Source of the DNA: Oligoflexia bacterium
GTDB lineage: Bacteria > Bdellovibrionota > UBA1018
Assembly: GCA_023701205.1 (NCBI GenBank)
Contig: JAMPXJ010000021.1
Coordinates: 10,054 to 74,053 of the forward strand
Length of the DNA: 64,000 bases
Direction: 5' to 3'
The notes below the pieces were generated by a model that was not told where the DNA came from, ran no database searches, and was given only the letters and a program-made list of their open reading frames with translations. The translations under genes and the position numbers were made by a program. Shown piece after piece: positions 10,274 through 17,901 of this stretch; position 1 is the stretch's first letter; the number at the start of each line of letters is the position of its first letter.

Positions 10274-11023
10274 TCAGGTGCGCGCGGGTGACTCCGCCAT
10301 CTCGATCACGATGAAATGCGCCGCTGAGCCGACCTGACTGAATTCCAGCTCCGCGGGGCCGGTGATTTCCAAACCGTCGCGTTCGGCGAGCTCGGCCACT
10401 TCTTTGACGAGAAGGCGGCCTTCGATCGTGTTGATGTAAGCCTGGCGCCCGGCCTTGAGCTCGAAGCTCACGCGGGCCGCAGGGTCCGTGAGCTCGCAGA
10501 CATAAAGATTCACGTCCTGATTGAGATGAAGCGGGACGTGTTCTTTGTTTCGGGGATTGCCTACGATGTGCAGGAGCCGGTTGGCGCGCTCAGCGGGCTC
10601 GAACTTATGCCGGGTGTAGCGGACCTCGAGACCGGCACTGGGCGGAAGTATCCAGATCTGGAGCAGGCGGCACGGTTCGGCGCCAGTATTCATTTCGGAA
10701 TGCCAGACGCCGGTGCCCGCGGTCACGACCTGAACGTTGCCGCGGCCCAGCGTCTCCTCGGCGTTCGTCGCGCTATCCCAATGGGTGAGCTGGCCACGGA
10801 CGATGTAGCTGATGATCTCCATGTCCCGATGGGGATGGCGCGGAAAGCCGTTGTGCGGCTTGATGTCATCGTCGTTGAGGACGCGCAGGGCGCCGAACTG
10901 CATCCGCTCCGAGTCGCGGTAATGGGCGAAGGAGAAGTGAAAGTAGGTGTCGGCCGGGTGGATCCGGCTTGCGGGGAGGTAATGGAGCGAGGAGCCTTCG
11001 ATTTTCTTGAATTTGGGAGCCAT
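10274..11023 (-). CDS. Pirin-family cupin (YhhW-like)
   Basis: FGALRVLNDD, GFPRHPHRDMEIISY, AGTGVWHSE, LQIW. Confidence 0.92.
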   Translation of the reverse strand: MAPKFKKIEGSSLHYLPASRIHPADTYFHFSFAHYRDSERMQFGALRVLNDDDIKPHNGFPRHPHRDMEIISYIVRGQLTHWDSATNAEETLGRGNVQVVTAGTGVWHSEMNTGAEPCRLLQIWILPPSAGLEVRYTRHKFEPAERANRLLHIVGNPRNKEHVPLHLNQDVNLYVCELTDPAARVSFELKAGRQAYINTIEGRLLVKEVAELAERDGLEITGPAELEFSQVGSAAHFIVIEMAESPART

Positions 11024-11050
11024 GTCTGGAGAGTACTTCAATACCCGTGC

Positions 11051-11082
11051 ACTTTATAAATCGTCAATATAAACAATAAAGT
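11051..11082. promoter_or_regulatory. Inverted repeat flanking a -35-like box upstream of pirin
   Basis: ACTTTAT-N18-ATAAAGT enclosing TTGACG (minus strand, 11062-11067). Confidence 0.4.
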
Positions 11083-11103
11083 AGAAATCTTTTCGCTCCG
11101 CCC

Positions 11104-11128
11104 GTAACCTGGCGGCTCGTTATCCGTT
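11104..11128 (+). promoter_or_regulatory. Putative autoregulatory ECF-sigma promoter
   Basis: GTAAC-N16-CGTT directly upstream of the ECF gene, matching the typical AAC/CGT ECF consensus. Confidence 0.6.
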
Positions 11129-11163
11129 TCAGGAGCATGAAGTTCGAGCGTCGCGAGGTGTGA

Positions 11164-11742
11164 TTGCTGAGGAGCCCTGAGTCGAGTCCCTCGATTCCAT
11201 CAGATCAGGAGATAGCCGACGGACTCCGGCAGGGTTCTCCCGCCGCGTTTCGCGCGCTTTATGGGGCGCAGGGCCGGGCGATTCTCGCCTACCTGACCCG
11301 CTTGACCGGGAGAAAAGAGATGGCTGAAGAGCTGACCCAGGAGACCTTCCTGACCGCTATCCGGAAGATCGGTTTCTTCCGCGCGGGGCCTGATGGGGGC
11401 CTGAAGGCCTGGGTGTTTCGGATTGCCACGAACCTGGCGCTCGATTCGCTACGGCGTGAAAAGCGGCTCGAGTTTCCGTCCGACGAGAGCGCTGATGCGA
11501 GCGCAGCCGTGAACGACGAGAGGCCCGGGCCGCAGGAGGAACTCGAGCGATTTCAGTTCTCGCAGGCGTTGAATTCGGCGCTCCTCGAGTTGACTCCGGC
11601 GCAAAGGATGATTTTCCTTTTGAAGGAACAGGAGGAGCTGAGCCTGCTCGAGATCTCGCGCGTCTGTGGCTGCAGCGAAAACGCCATCAAGCAGAGCCTG
11701 TTCCGTGCCCGCGCGGCTTTGAGGAAGAAGTTATGCGAATAG
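11164..11742 (+). CDS. ECF RNA polymerase sigma factor
   Basis: [27 protein letters not shown] (region 2); LSLLEIS...IKQSLFRAR (region 4). Confidence 0.93.
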   Translation: MLRSPESSPSIPSDQEIADGLRQGSPAAFRALYGAQGRAILAYLTRLTGRKEMAEELTQETFLTAIRKIGFFRAGPDGGLKAWVFRIATNLALDSLRREKRLEFPSDESADASAAVNDERPGPQEELERFQFSQALNSALLELTPAQRMIFLLKEQEELSLLEISRVCGCSENAIKQSLFRARAALRKKLCE

Positions 11743-12176
11743 AGAGGGACTCCCTCGATACGGAGATCAGCAGTGCGCTGAAGCAAAAGCGGAACCCCTC
11801 GGGTGACTTCGAGGCCGCCCTTTTCGCCGAAGCCGAGGACCTGCTCGCGAAACGCCGTGAGCAGCGCGACTCGCGCGAGGACAGGGCCCGCAGGAAGTCG
11901 CTGGCCCGAAAACGCTGGCTCGCCGGGATCGAACTTCTTGCGATTCGCCCTGACCGTCCGGCGACGGCGGCGGTCCTGGCAGCGCTCCTCGTCGCATTCC
12001 TGGCCTTACATGACGGCGGGGGCGACCGGAGCGGCAGGCTCAGCTACGCGGATCTCCCGCCGCTGCCTGAGGACAACGATTTCGCTGCTCAATACGATTC
12101 CCAGGTTCTGGCCGAGAGGCAAGCTTATGAAAGAGAGGTCGAAGATGCTCATGGAAAAGCCAGTGGCGGGATTTAA
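11733..12176 (+). CDS. Putative single-pass membrane anti-sigma factor
   Basis: Overlaps the sigma stop; helical N-terminus, one TM ([14 protein letters not shown]), short acidic tail. Confidence 0.7.
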   Translation: MRIERDSLDTEISSALKQKRNPSGDFEAALFAEAEDLLAKRREQRDSREDRARRKSLARKRWLAGIELLAIRPDRPATAAVLAALLVAFLALHDGGGDRSGRLSYADLPPLPEDNDFAAQYDSQVLAERQAYEREVEDAHGKASGGI

Positions 12177-12945
12177 GCCCGTTCTTGTCACGATTGGGAC
12201 GGTCATTGCCCTAATGGGTATAATGACAGGCGGGGCAGGCCCGGGCTATGCCGAGCCCCGGTTCCGGCTGGAGAGCGATCGCGAGGGGAAGATTCGCCCC
12301 TTCAAGGCGATTGCGGTTCCGCTGCCGGATTTCGTGCGGGAGTATGCGCGCCTCGCTTCGAAGCTGATCACCTTGGGCGGGAGCTGGGAGCAGGAGCTGA
12401 AGGGAAGCGTGACTCTCTTCCTGCGACGCCCCCTCAAGCCCGAGGAGCTGACCGAGGTTTTCTACCGGGTGCTGCATGATAACGGTTATGCGGTGGTGGA
12501 CGCGCCCGCGGGAAACGGCTGGGTGGTGATGCGGCAGCGGGACGCACGCGACGCGGCGTTGCCGGTTTACGAAATCGCAGAGGTGCCGGATTCGAGCCGT
12601 TACGTCACCGCCTTGCGCGAGCTGAAGCACAGCGACGCCGAGGTGCTGGCGCGCGTGATGCGGTCATTCATGCCCGCGAACAGCAGGGTCATCCCGGCCA
12701 CGCGGTCGCAGCTCCTCATTACCGATACGGCATCGAATATCCGCAGGCTCAACGGGCTGATCTCGCGAATGGACACGCCCGAGGCCGCCAAAAAGAGCCG
12801 CGAGCTCCCCGCCAGGGCTAGCCGACCGCGCAGTTGCGGTGAGCAGCGTATCGAGAAGCTCGTCGTGGAGAAGTTGGAGATCCAGGACAGCGGGGCGGCT
12901 AGTCCGTCGCAGCTCTCAGCTCCGAAAGGGGGAGGAAAGATATGA
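12145..12945 (+). CDS. Stand-alone secretin (GspD) N0-N1 domain protein 1, exported
   Basis: N-terminal hydrophobic/signal segment; LKGSVTL..F..VLHDNGYAVV (N0); VTALRELKHSDAE..LLITDTASNIRRLNGLISRMDTP (N1); no secretin barrel. Confidence 0.8.
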   Translation: MLMEKPVAGFKPVLVTIGTVIALMGIMTGGAGPGYAEPRFRLESDREGKIRPFKAIAVPLPDFVREYARLASKLITLGGSWEQELKGSVTLFLRRPLKPEELTEVFYRVLHDNGYAVVDAPAGNGWVVMRQRDARDAALPVYEIAEVPDSSRYVTALRELKHSDAEVLARVMRSFMPANSRVIPATRSQLLITDTASNIRRLNGLISRMDTPEAAKKSRELPARASRPRSCGEQRIEKLVVEKLEIQDSGAASPSQLSAPKGGGKI

Positions 12946-13724
12946 GAAACCTGAGAAGCCATCGGAGTGTCGCTATCTTTGTTTTCCTGGTCCTGACTCA
13001 TTTCCTGCAGACAGTGCTGGCGGCGGAGAATCCAGACCGCGTCCGATTCAAGGCCGGGGAGATGGGCCTGCTTCCGTTTCTCGAGATGGTTTCTGAAAGA
13101 CTGGAGATCTCGATCGATGCCTCCGGCCTCGGCAATGGCTCCTCGGAGACCATCGCGGTGCCCGATGCGGGAGAGATGACCCGGGAGCGTGCCAAGGCAC
13201 TCGCCCTGACCTCGCTTTATCTGAGCGGGTATACATGGATACAGGATACCTCCACGGATCTTCATCGCGTGGTACGACAGCGAGACGCGCGGGATCAGGA
13301 GATTCCCGTGATCTCGGCGTCCGCTCCCTTGCCGGATAGCGATTTGCTCGTGACCTATATCCTGCCTGTACGCCACTCGCCGCCGGAGTTCATTGCCCGG
13401 AACATGCGATCGTTCATGCCCGCAGCGAGCCGAATCATTCCTGACGATCTGAACGGCGCCGTTCTCATCACCGACTCAGCTCACAACATCACGAAGCTGA
13501 AGAAGCTGGTGGAGCGGCTGGATACGCCCGAGGCCGCGAAGCAAGCGGTGAAGTGGCTCGCCGATCGGCAGAAGCAAGCGGAAGACGCTTCCTGTCCCTC
13601 TTCGGAATCTGATCGGCCGAGCATGGATACCCCGCTCCTTATCGCATTGTTCTCGCTGATCGCGCTCGTGATCGGTTTTCTGGCGCGCGGCTATGTCATC
13701 CGGAGAATCGAGGGCGGGTTGTGA
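12942..13724 (+). CDS. Stand-alone secretin N0-N1 domain protein 2, with signal peptide and C-terminal TM anchor
   Basis: Paralog of the previous gene (RQRDARD, RSFMP, LITD.A.NI..L..L..RLDTPEAAK); C-terminal LLIALFSLIALVIGFLA; ATGA overlap. Confidence 0.8.
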   Translation: MRNLRSHRSVAIFVFLVLTHFLQTVLAAENPDRVRFKAGEMGLLPFLEMVSERLEISIDASGLGNGSSETIAVPDAGEMTRERAKALALTSLYLSGYTWIQDTSTDLHRVVRQRDARDQEIPVISASAPLPDSDLLVTYILPVRHSPPEFIARNMRSFMPAASRIIPDDLNGAVLITDSAHNITKLKKLVERLDTPEAAKQAVKWLADRQKQAEDASCPSSESDRPSMDTPLLIALFSLIALVIGFLARGYVIRRIEGGL

Positions 13725-14338
13725 GATTCGCGACGCTGCTGCTTCTGGGAATGCTGGCCTGGTTTTCGGAAGCTGCTTTTGCTTTGGAACCCCCTTTGGA
13801 GCAGGATGCTCTCGATAGGAGCCTGCGGCAGGCGGTGATCGCCGGGGCGCCCCTTGCGAAGATCGAGCGCCTGATTCACGCAGGCGCTGCCATCAATGCC
13901 AAGGCGGCCTATGGAGAGACGGCGCTGGAATATGCAGTACGTTTCGGTCGTTACAGGGCGGCGCTGAAGCTCATCGAGTTAGGTGCAGACCCCGATTCAG
14001 AGAACGACTCCGGCATGACGCCTCTTCATTGGGCGGTCCAGGATCTCAATGCTTCGCGAGTCGTTGAGGCGCTTTTGCGTGCCGGCGCCGACGTGAATCG
14101 GCGGGACTTTTATGGCAGGACTGCTCTCATGTTTGCGGCTCAAGCCGATAGCGTCAGGTCCATTGCGGTGATTCTGACTCGGGCCAGGGAACCCGTTGAG
14201 CTGGACGCTCACAACGATCACATGGAGACCGCATCGTCCCTGGCCCGGAGTGAGATGGTTTTGCAGATGCTGGAGCTGGCTCGGAAGCACCAGGAACGCG
14301 GCATCGGCGGGGAGTTGGAGCCAGGAACGCTGAACTAG
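13721..14338 (+). CDS. Secreted ankyrin-repeat protein
   Basis: Signal peptide (AFA); GETALEYA, GMTPLHWA, GRTALMFA repeats; GTGA overlap. Confidence 0.9.
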   Translation: MRFATLLLLGMLAWFSEAAFALEPPLEQDALDRSLRQAVIAGAPLAKIERLIHAGAAINAKAAYGETALEYAVRFGRYRAALKLIELGADPDSENDSGMTPLHWAVQDLNASRVVEALLRAGADVNRRDFYGRTALMFAAQADSVRSIAVILTRAREPVELDAHNDHMETASSLARSEMVLQMLELARKHQERGIGGELEPGTLN

Positions 14339-14383
14339 AGTCCCGGGAGCCCTCCCTGGCCCCCGAGCAGCGAAAGCGTCAGC

Positions 14384-15070
14384 TCAGTTGGTTCCGCAAC
14401 GCTCGGAGCAGGTGGAGCTGCTCCAGCCCTCGGCGCGGCATTGGCTCCAGCAGGCGCTGCTGCCGGCTCCGGTGTCGGTTCCGCAGCGCTGAGAACAGGT
14501 AGAGCTGCTCCAGCCTTCGGAGCGACACTGGTCCCAGCAGGATTCGCTGCCGGGGCCGGTATCGGTTCCGCAGCGCTGAGAGCAGGTGGAGCTGCTCCAA
14601 CCTTCGGAGCGGCACTGATCCCAGCAGGACTCGCTGCCGGCGCCCGTGTCGGTTCCGCAGCGCTCGGAGCAGGTGGAGCTGCTCCAGCCTTCGGAGCGAC
14701 ACGCATCCCAGCAGGACGCGCTTCCCGAGCCCGTGCCGCCCGAGTCTCCCGAGTCATCTGAAGTGCATCCGCGGACGCACGCGGAGATGCACTCGCTATC
14801 GGTATCGAGCGGAGCGATGCCCAGTTGGCGGAGGACGAAGTCGTTGTTGTTCCTGAACTTGAGCCGGGTTCTGAGCTCGCGGGTTTGCTTTTCGGTTCTC
14901 AGCTGCAGAGCCTGGTCCGAGAGCGCGTAGCGGATCGCGAGCTCGGCGTCTGACTTCTTGAATTTCTCGGCCAGGATCCGATCCTTCGGGGTGCTGGCGT
15001 GGGCCATGCCGGAGGCCAGGGCCACTACGGAAAACAGCGAAACTGCCCAGTTCATACGCGTGTTTTTCAT
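14384..15070 (-). CDS. Secreted Cys-rich repeat protein, 4x CWxxCRxEGWSSSTCSxRCGT
   Basis: Signal peptide ending AHA; SD aagga; repeat copies differ mostly at synonymous positions in this frame. Confidence 0.8.
   Translation of the reverse strand: MKNTRMNWAVSLFSVVALASGMAHASTPKDRILAEKFKKSDAELAIRYALSDQALQLRTEKQTRELRTRLKFRNNNDFVLRQLGIAPLDTDSECISACVRGCTSDDSGDSGGTGSGSASCWDACRSEGWSSSTCSERCGTDTGAGSESCWDQCRSEGWSSSTCSQRCGTDTGPGSESCWDQCRSEGWSSSTCSQRCGTDTGAGSSACWSQCRAEGWSSSTCSERCGTN
14387..14713 (-). repeat. Coding tandem repeat, 87-bp unit, about 3.8 copies
   Basis: First-Cys codons of the units start at 14713, 14626, 14539 and 14452. Confidence 0.9.
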
Positions 15071-15099
15071 AAAATTGTCCTTTTCAGAAAGATGAGTTT

Positions 15100-15525
15100 T
15101 CAGAGGCTTTTACAGTCCGAGTACACGTAGCCGGATTTGCGGATCGAGGCGGCTGCGCAACGATCCCCCGCGAAGGTCTTGATCTCCTTGCAGTCGGAGT
15201 AAACGTAGCCGGATCTCGCGATCGCGGCTTCGGCGCAGGCGCCACCCGCCGTGAGGCTCAGGCAGTCCGAGTAGACATAGCCCGATTTACGGATCGAGGC
15301 CGCCGCACAGCGATCCTGAGCCTCGTTCTGGATGTTTTTGCAGTCGGACTGAATGTAACCGGATTTTTCGAGCGAAGCCTCGGCACAGCTCCCGGTGGCG
15401 GGGCCGCTTCCGTCCGAAGGGGTGCAGGTATATTTCTGCCCGTTGTGAACGATCTCGAGGTCATCCGCGGATGCCAGAATCGGAAAAAGACAAAGACCCA
15501 ATAGGACGCTACTTGCTTTCAACAT
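15100..15525 (-). CDS. Secreted Cys-repeat protein, 4x CAxAxxxxSGYxxSDC
   Basis: ATG 15525 with SD aaggag; signal peptide ending ASA; four CX14C units. Confidence 0.8.
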   Translation of the reverse strand: MLKASSVLLGLCLFPILASADDLEIVHNGQKYTCTPSDGSGPATGSCAEASLEKSGYIQSDCKNIQNEAQDRCAAASIRKSGYVYSDCLSLTAGGACAEAAIARSGYVYSDCKEIKTFAGDRCAAASIRKSGYVYSDCKSL

Positions 15526-15552
15526 CGGAAATCTCCTTTTTGCCGGCTGGTG

Positions 15553-15569
15553 TGCAGGGCGTGTGCCCG
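15553..15569 (-). promoter_or_regulatory. Putative sigma54 promoter for the two Cys-repeat genes
   Basis: Minus strand GGCAC-ACGCC-CTGCA (GG-N10-GC), about 30 nt upstream of the ATG. Confidence 0.55.
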
Positions 15570-15763
15570 GGTTTTTGGACGAAAAAGCGGGTTTTTGGGC
15601 CCAGAAAGGGACCGAAATGGGGATCTCTCGCACCTTGCGATGCGGCATTGTTTCTTTTTGTCACCGGGAGCTTCGTCTAGCCGTGGCCGCGATTTCTGGA
15701 TTCCGGGGAACGCGTGAAATTTGCTTGGACCCGCTCCCGCCGCAAGCATATAAACGGAAGGAC

Positions 15764-16093
15764 ATGAAGCGCCTCAAGGTCATCGCAAGCCTGCTGCTCT
15801 TACTGAGTACGGTGAACCTCTTCGCCAGCCCGGGTGAGATTCCGGGTGAGGACGAGGGGGCGAGGGCCGCTTACTCGCAGGCGGCTGATCCTTGCCCGTG
15901 CGAAGACGGGGATGGGGACTGTTCGAGTGACCGGGAAGCCTGTCAAAGCTGTCAGTCCTGCCATGGGGCTTTCATGCTGACCCGGGCCGCGGGCGTTTCG
16001 GTTCTTTTGAGCTTCCAAACCCGCGTGGCCCGGACTGAACCCCTCCTTCAGAGCGAGAAGCTCTCCGATCTGCTCAGGCCTCCTTCGGCCTGA
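15764..16093 (+). CDS. Small exported Cys-rich leader protein of the czc operon (CzcI/DUF2946-like)
   Basis: Signal peptide; CPC, CQSCQSCH; C-terminal LLRPPSA; lies directly upstream of the TolC-family gene. Confidence 0.65.
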   Translation: MKRLKVIASLLLLLSTVNLFASPGEIPGEDEGARAAYSQAADPCPCEDGDGDCSSDREACQSCQSCHGAFMLTRAAGVSVLLSFQTRVARTEPLLQSEKLSDLLRPPSA

Positions 16094-16182
16094 TCCATGG
16101 CCGCGAGCGGCCCTGGCTCCCTTTTCGTTTCGATCAACTTCTTCCATCGTCCCGCTGCTTGATGCGCGGGAGAGGAGCTTTC

Positions 16183-17463
16183 GTGAACTGGGCTTTTTTT
16201 ATCATCTGCTTATGGGCGGGAACCGCCGTCTTGCCGGCAATGGCTTCAGAGCCGGCGGAGTCGGCCTATTGCCTGGCATTGGCGTCCGCGCATGAGAACC
16301 CGCGCCTGGTCCCGCGCGGGATTCTCAGCTGTGTTTTGGAGAACCATCCGGAGCTTCGAAGTTCCCGTCTGGTGCAGAAGCAGGCGGCCGCGCAGGTCGG
16401 CTACGCCGGCCAGAGACCCAATCCCGAGCTCGACGGCCGGGTGGGACTGGCTGCCCTTGGGGGCCAGGAGGCCGCCAATGCGCTTGAGGTGTCGCTTCTT
16501 CATAGGTGGGAGCTCGGAGGGCGGCGCTCGGCGCGAGTCGCGCGCGCACAAGCCGAGCTGAACCTGGCCGCAGCGGACGTTCGCAAGCGTGAGGAGACCG
16601 CTGCCGTTCAGACGCTTCTGGCGCTGCATCGCTTGAGACAGCTCGAAGAGGAAAAGGCCATCCTCGCTGACACGGTGACGACGTTTGAAAAGCAGCTCGC
16701 AGCTCTCGGGGGCCGGCCGGCGCTGACGCCCGAGCAGCAGGTGTCGCATTCGATTTTCGTTTTGGCGAAGGAGGAGGCGGAGCTCAGGGAGGCTTCGCTC
16801 CTGGCGGAAAAGGAAAGATTGATCCGCAGGCTGCAGTTTTGGATGGGATCGGCGATGCCGTATTCGCACGCGTGGCTTCCCTCGGAGCCTTCGCGCTGGC
16901 CCGAGCTGGCGACCGGGTCGCCGGCGCAGGCAGAGCCCGCGGCTTTGCGAGGCGCGGCCGCCGTTTCCGGCCTGGCGCAGGCGGAGCTCGGTCTGGCGCG
17001 TGCGGAAGCCTGGCCGGATCTGAAATTCGGGCCATTCCTCGAAAGGACCGACGCCGTTTCGGGCAGGGCTTACTCGCTTGGGATTCAGCTCTCGCTCACT
17101 TTGCCCGTTTTCAATCAAAACGGTGGCGGCCGAGCAGCCGCGCAAGCCGGAGTGGATCGCGCCGAATCCGACGCCGGCATCGCGCGGGCCGAGCGCGAGT
17201 CGGAGCGCTCTAGCGCGGTCGCGCAGTACCAGAAAATGGTAGGCAGGCTAGGTCAGTCGCGCTGGAAGCGGGAGAGCGGCGGGCGCCAGGAGACGCTCGA
17301 GCGGCTTTTCGCGCGCGGGCTGATCTCGATTCCGCTCGTGATCGAGGCGCATCGGCAACTCCTCGAGCTGCAGAAGACCTTCCATGAGCTGGAGCTTCAG
17401 GCGCTCGAGGCGATCTATCAGATACAGGTGCTCGATGGAAAACTCCCGGAGGCATTCTTATGA
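16183..17463 (+). CDS. czcC: TolC/CzcC-family outer-membrane efflux protein
   Basis: ENHPEL, RPNPEL, WELGGRRSAR, LTLPVFNQNGG; GTG 16183 follows SD gaggag. Confidence 0.85.
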   Translation: MNWAFFIICLWAGTAVLPAMASEPAESAYCLALASAHENPRLVPRGILSCVLENHPELRSSRLVQKQAAAQVGYAGQRPNPELDGRVGLAALGGQEAANALEVSLLHRWELGGRRSARVARAQAELNLAAADVRKREETAAVQTLLALHRLRQLEEEKAILADTVTTFEKQLAALGGRPALTPEQQVSHSIFVLAKEEAELREASLLAEKERLIRRLQFWMGSAMPYSHAWLPSEPSRWPELATGSPAQAEPAALRGAAAVSGLAQAELGLARAEAWPDLKFGPFLERTDAVSGRAYSLGIQLSLTLPVFNQNGGGRAAAQAGVDRAESDAGIARAERESERSSAVAQYQKMVGRLGQSRWKRESGGRQETLERLFARGLISIPLVIEAHRQLLELQKTFHELELQALEAIYQIQVLDGKLPEAFL

Positions 17464-17882
17464 AGAAGCTCGAGCGGTGGGTCGCGCGGGTTGCGCTGAT
17501 GGTGATCACCGCAAGCGCTGCCGCCTGGGGCGCGGACACGAAGAAAGCCGTCACCGACTTCAACCCCGAAGAGGGCTTCAAGATGAGCGAGCGTGCGCTG
17601 CAGGGGTTGGGCGTGAAGTTCGCGAAGCTCGAGGGCCGATCTCCCTGGCTCCTCCCGGCCGAAGCCCTGGTGAGGATCAAGCATTCGACCGGCGTCTATC
17701 GCCGCTACGAGGGCTGGATCAGCCTGGCGCTCGTCACGGTGGCGGCGAAGTCCCAGAAAGGCCTGCGGGTGACCTCCGAGGATCTTCAGGAAGGGGATGA
17801 GGTCGCGGTCACGGGAGGCAGCTTTCTCCGGATGACCGATGCGGATCTGAACTCAGACACCGTGGACAGCTGCGCGCATTGA
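17460..17882 (+). CDS. Miniature CzcB-like periplasmic adaptor (membrane-proximal domain only)
   Basis: Lies between the czcC- and czcA-like genes; LPAEALV and LQEGDEVAVTGGSFLR match the MFP C-terminal domain; only 140 aa. Confidence 0.65.
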   Translation: MKKLERWVARVALMVITASAAAWGADTKKAVTDFNPEEGFKMSERALQGLGVKFAKLEGRSPWLLPAEALVRIKHSTGVYRRYEGWISLALVTVAAKSQKGLRVTSEDLQEGDEVAVTGGSFLRMTDADLNSDTVDSCAH

Positions 17883-17901
17883 GCGAGCGGGGGAATTCGC
17901 C

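Noticed and set aside
11161-11163. In-frame TGA as selenocysteine
   Set aside because: Position lies in a non-conserved N-terminal extension of a sigma factor, and no convincing SECIS hairpin was seen
12145-13724. Split or frameshifted gspD pseudogene
   Set aside because: The two ORFs are paralogs each covering the same N0-N1 region, each with its own export signal, not consecutive pieces of one secretin
14335-14761. 87-bp repeats as a CRISPR array, or alternative repeat ORFs in other frames
   Set aside because: No unique spacers and no cas genes; the Cys/Trp frame has a signal peptide, an SD and mostly synonymous variation
14384-15525. Cys-repeat proteins as RiPP precursors
   Set aside because: No radical SAM, LanM, YcaO or peptidase-transporter gene is adjacent; Sec signals point to disulfide-bonded exported proteins
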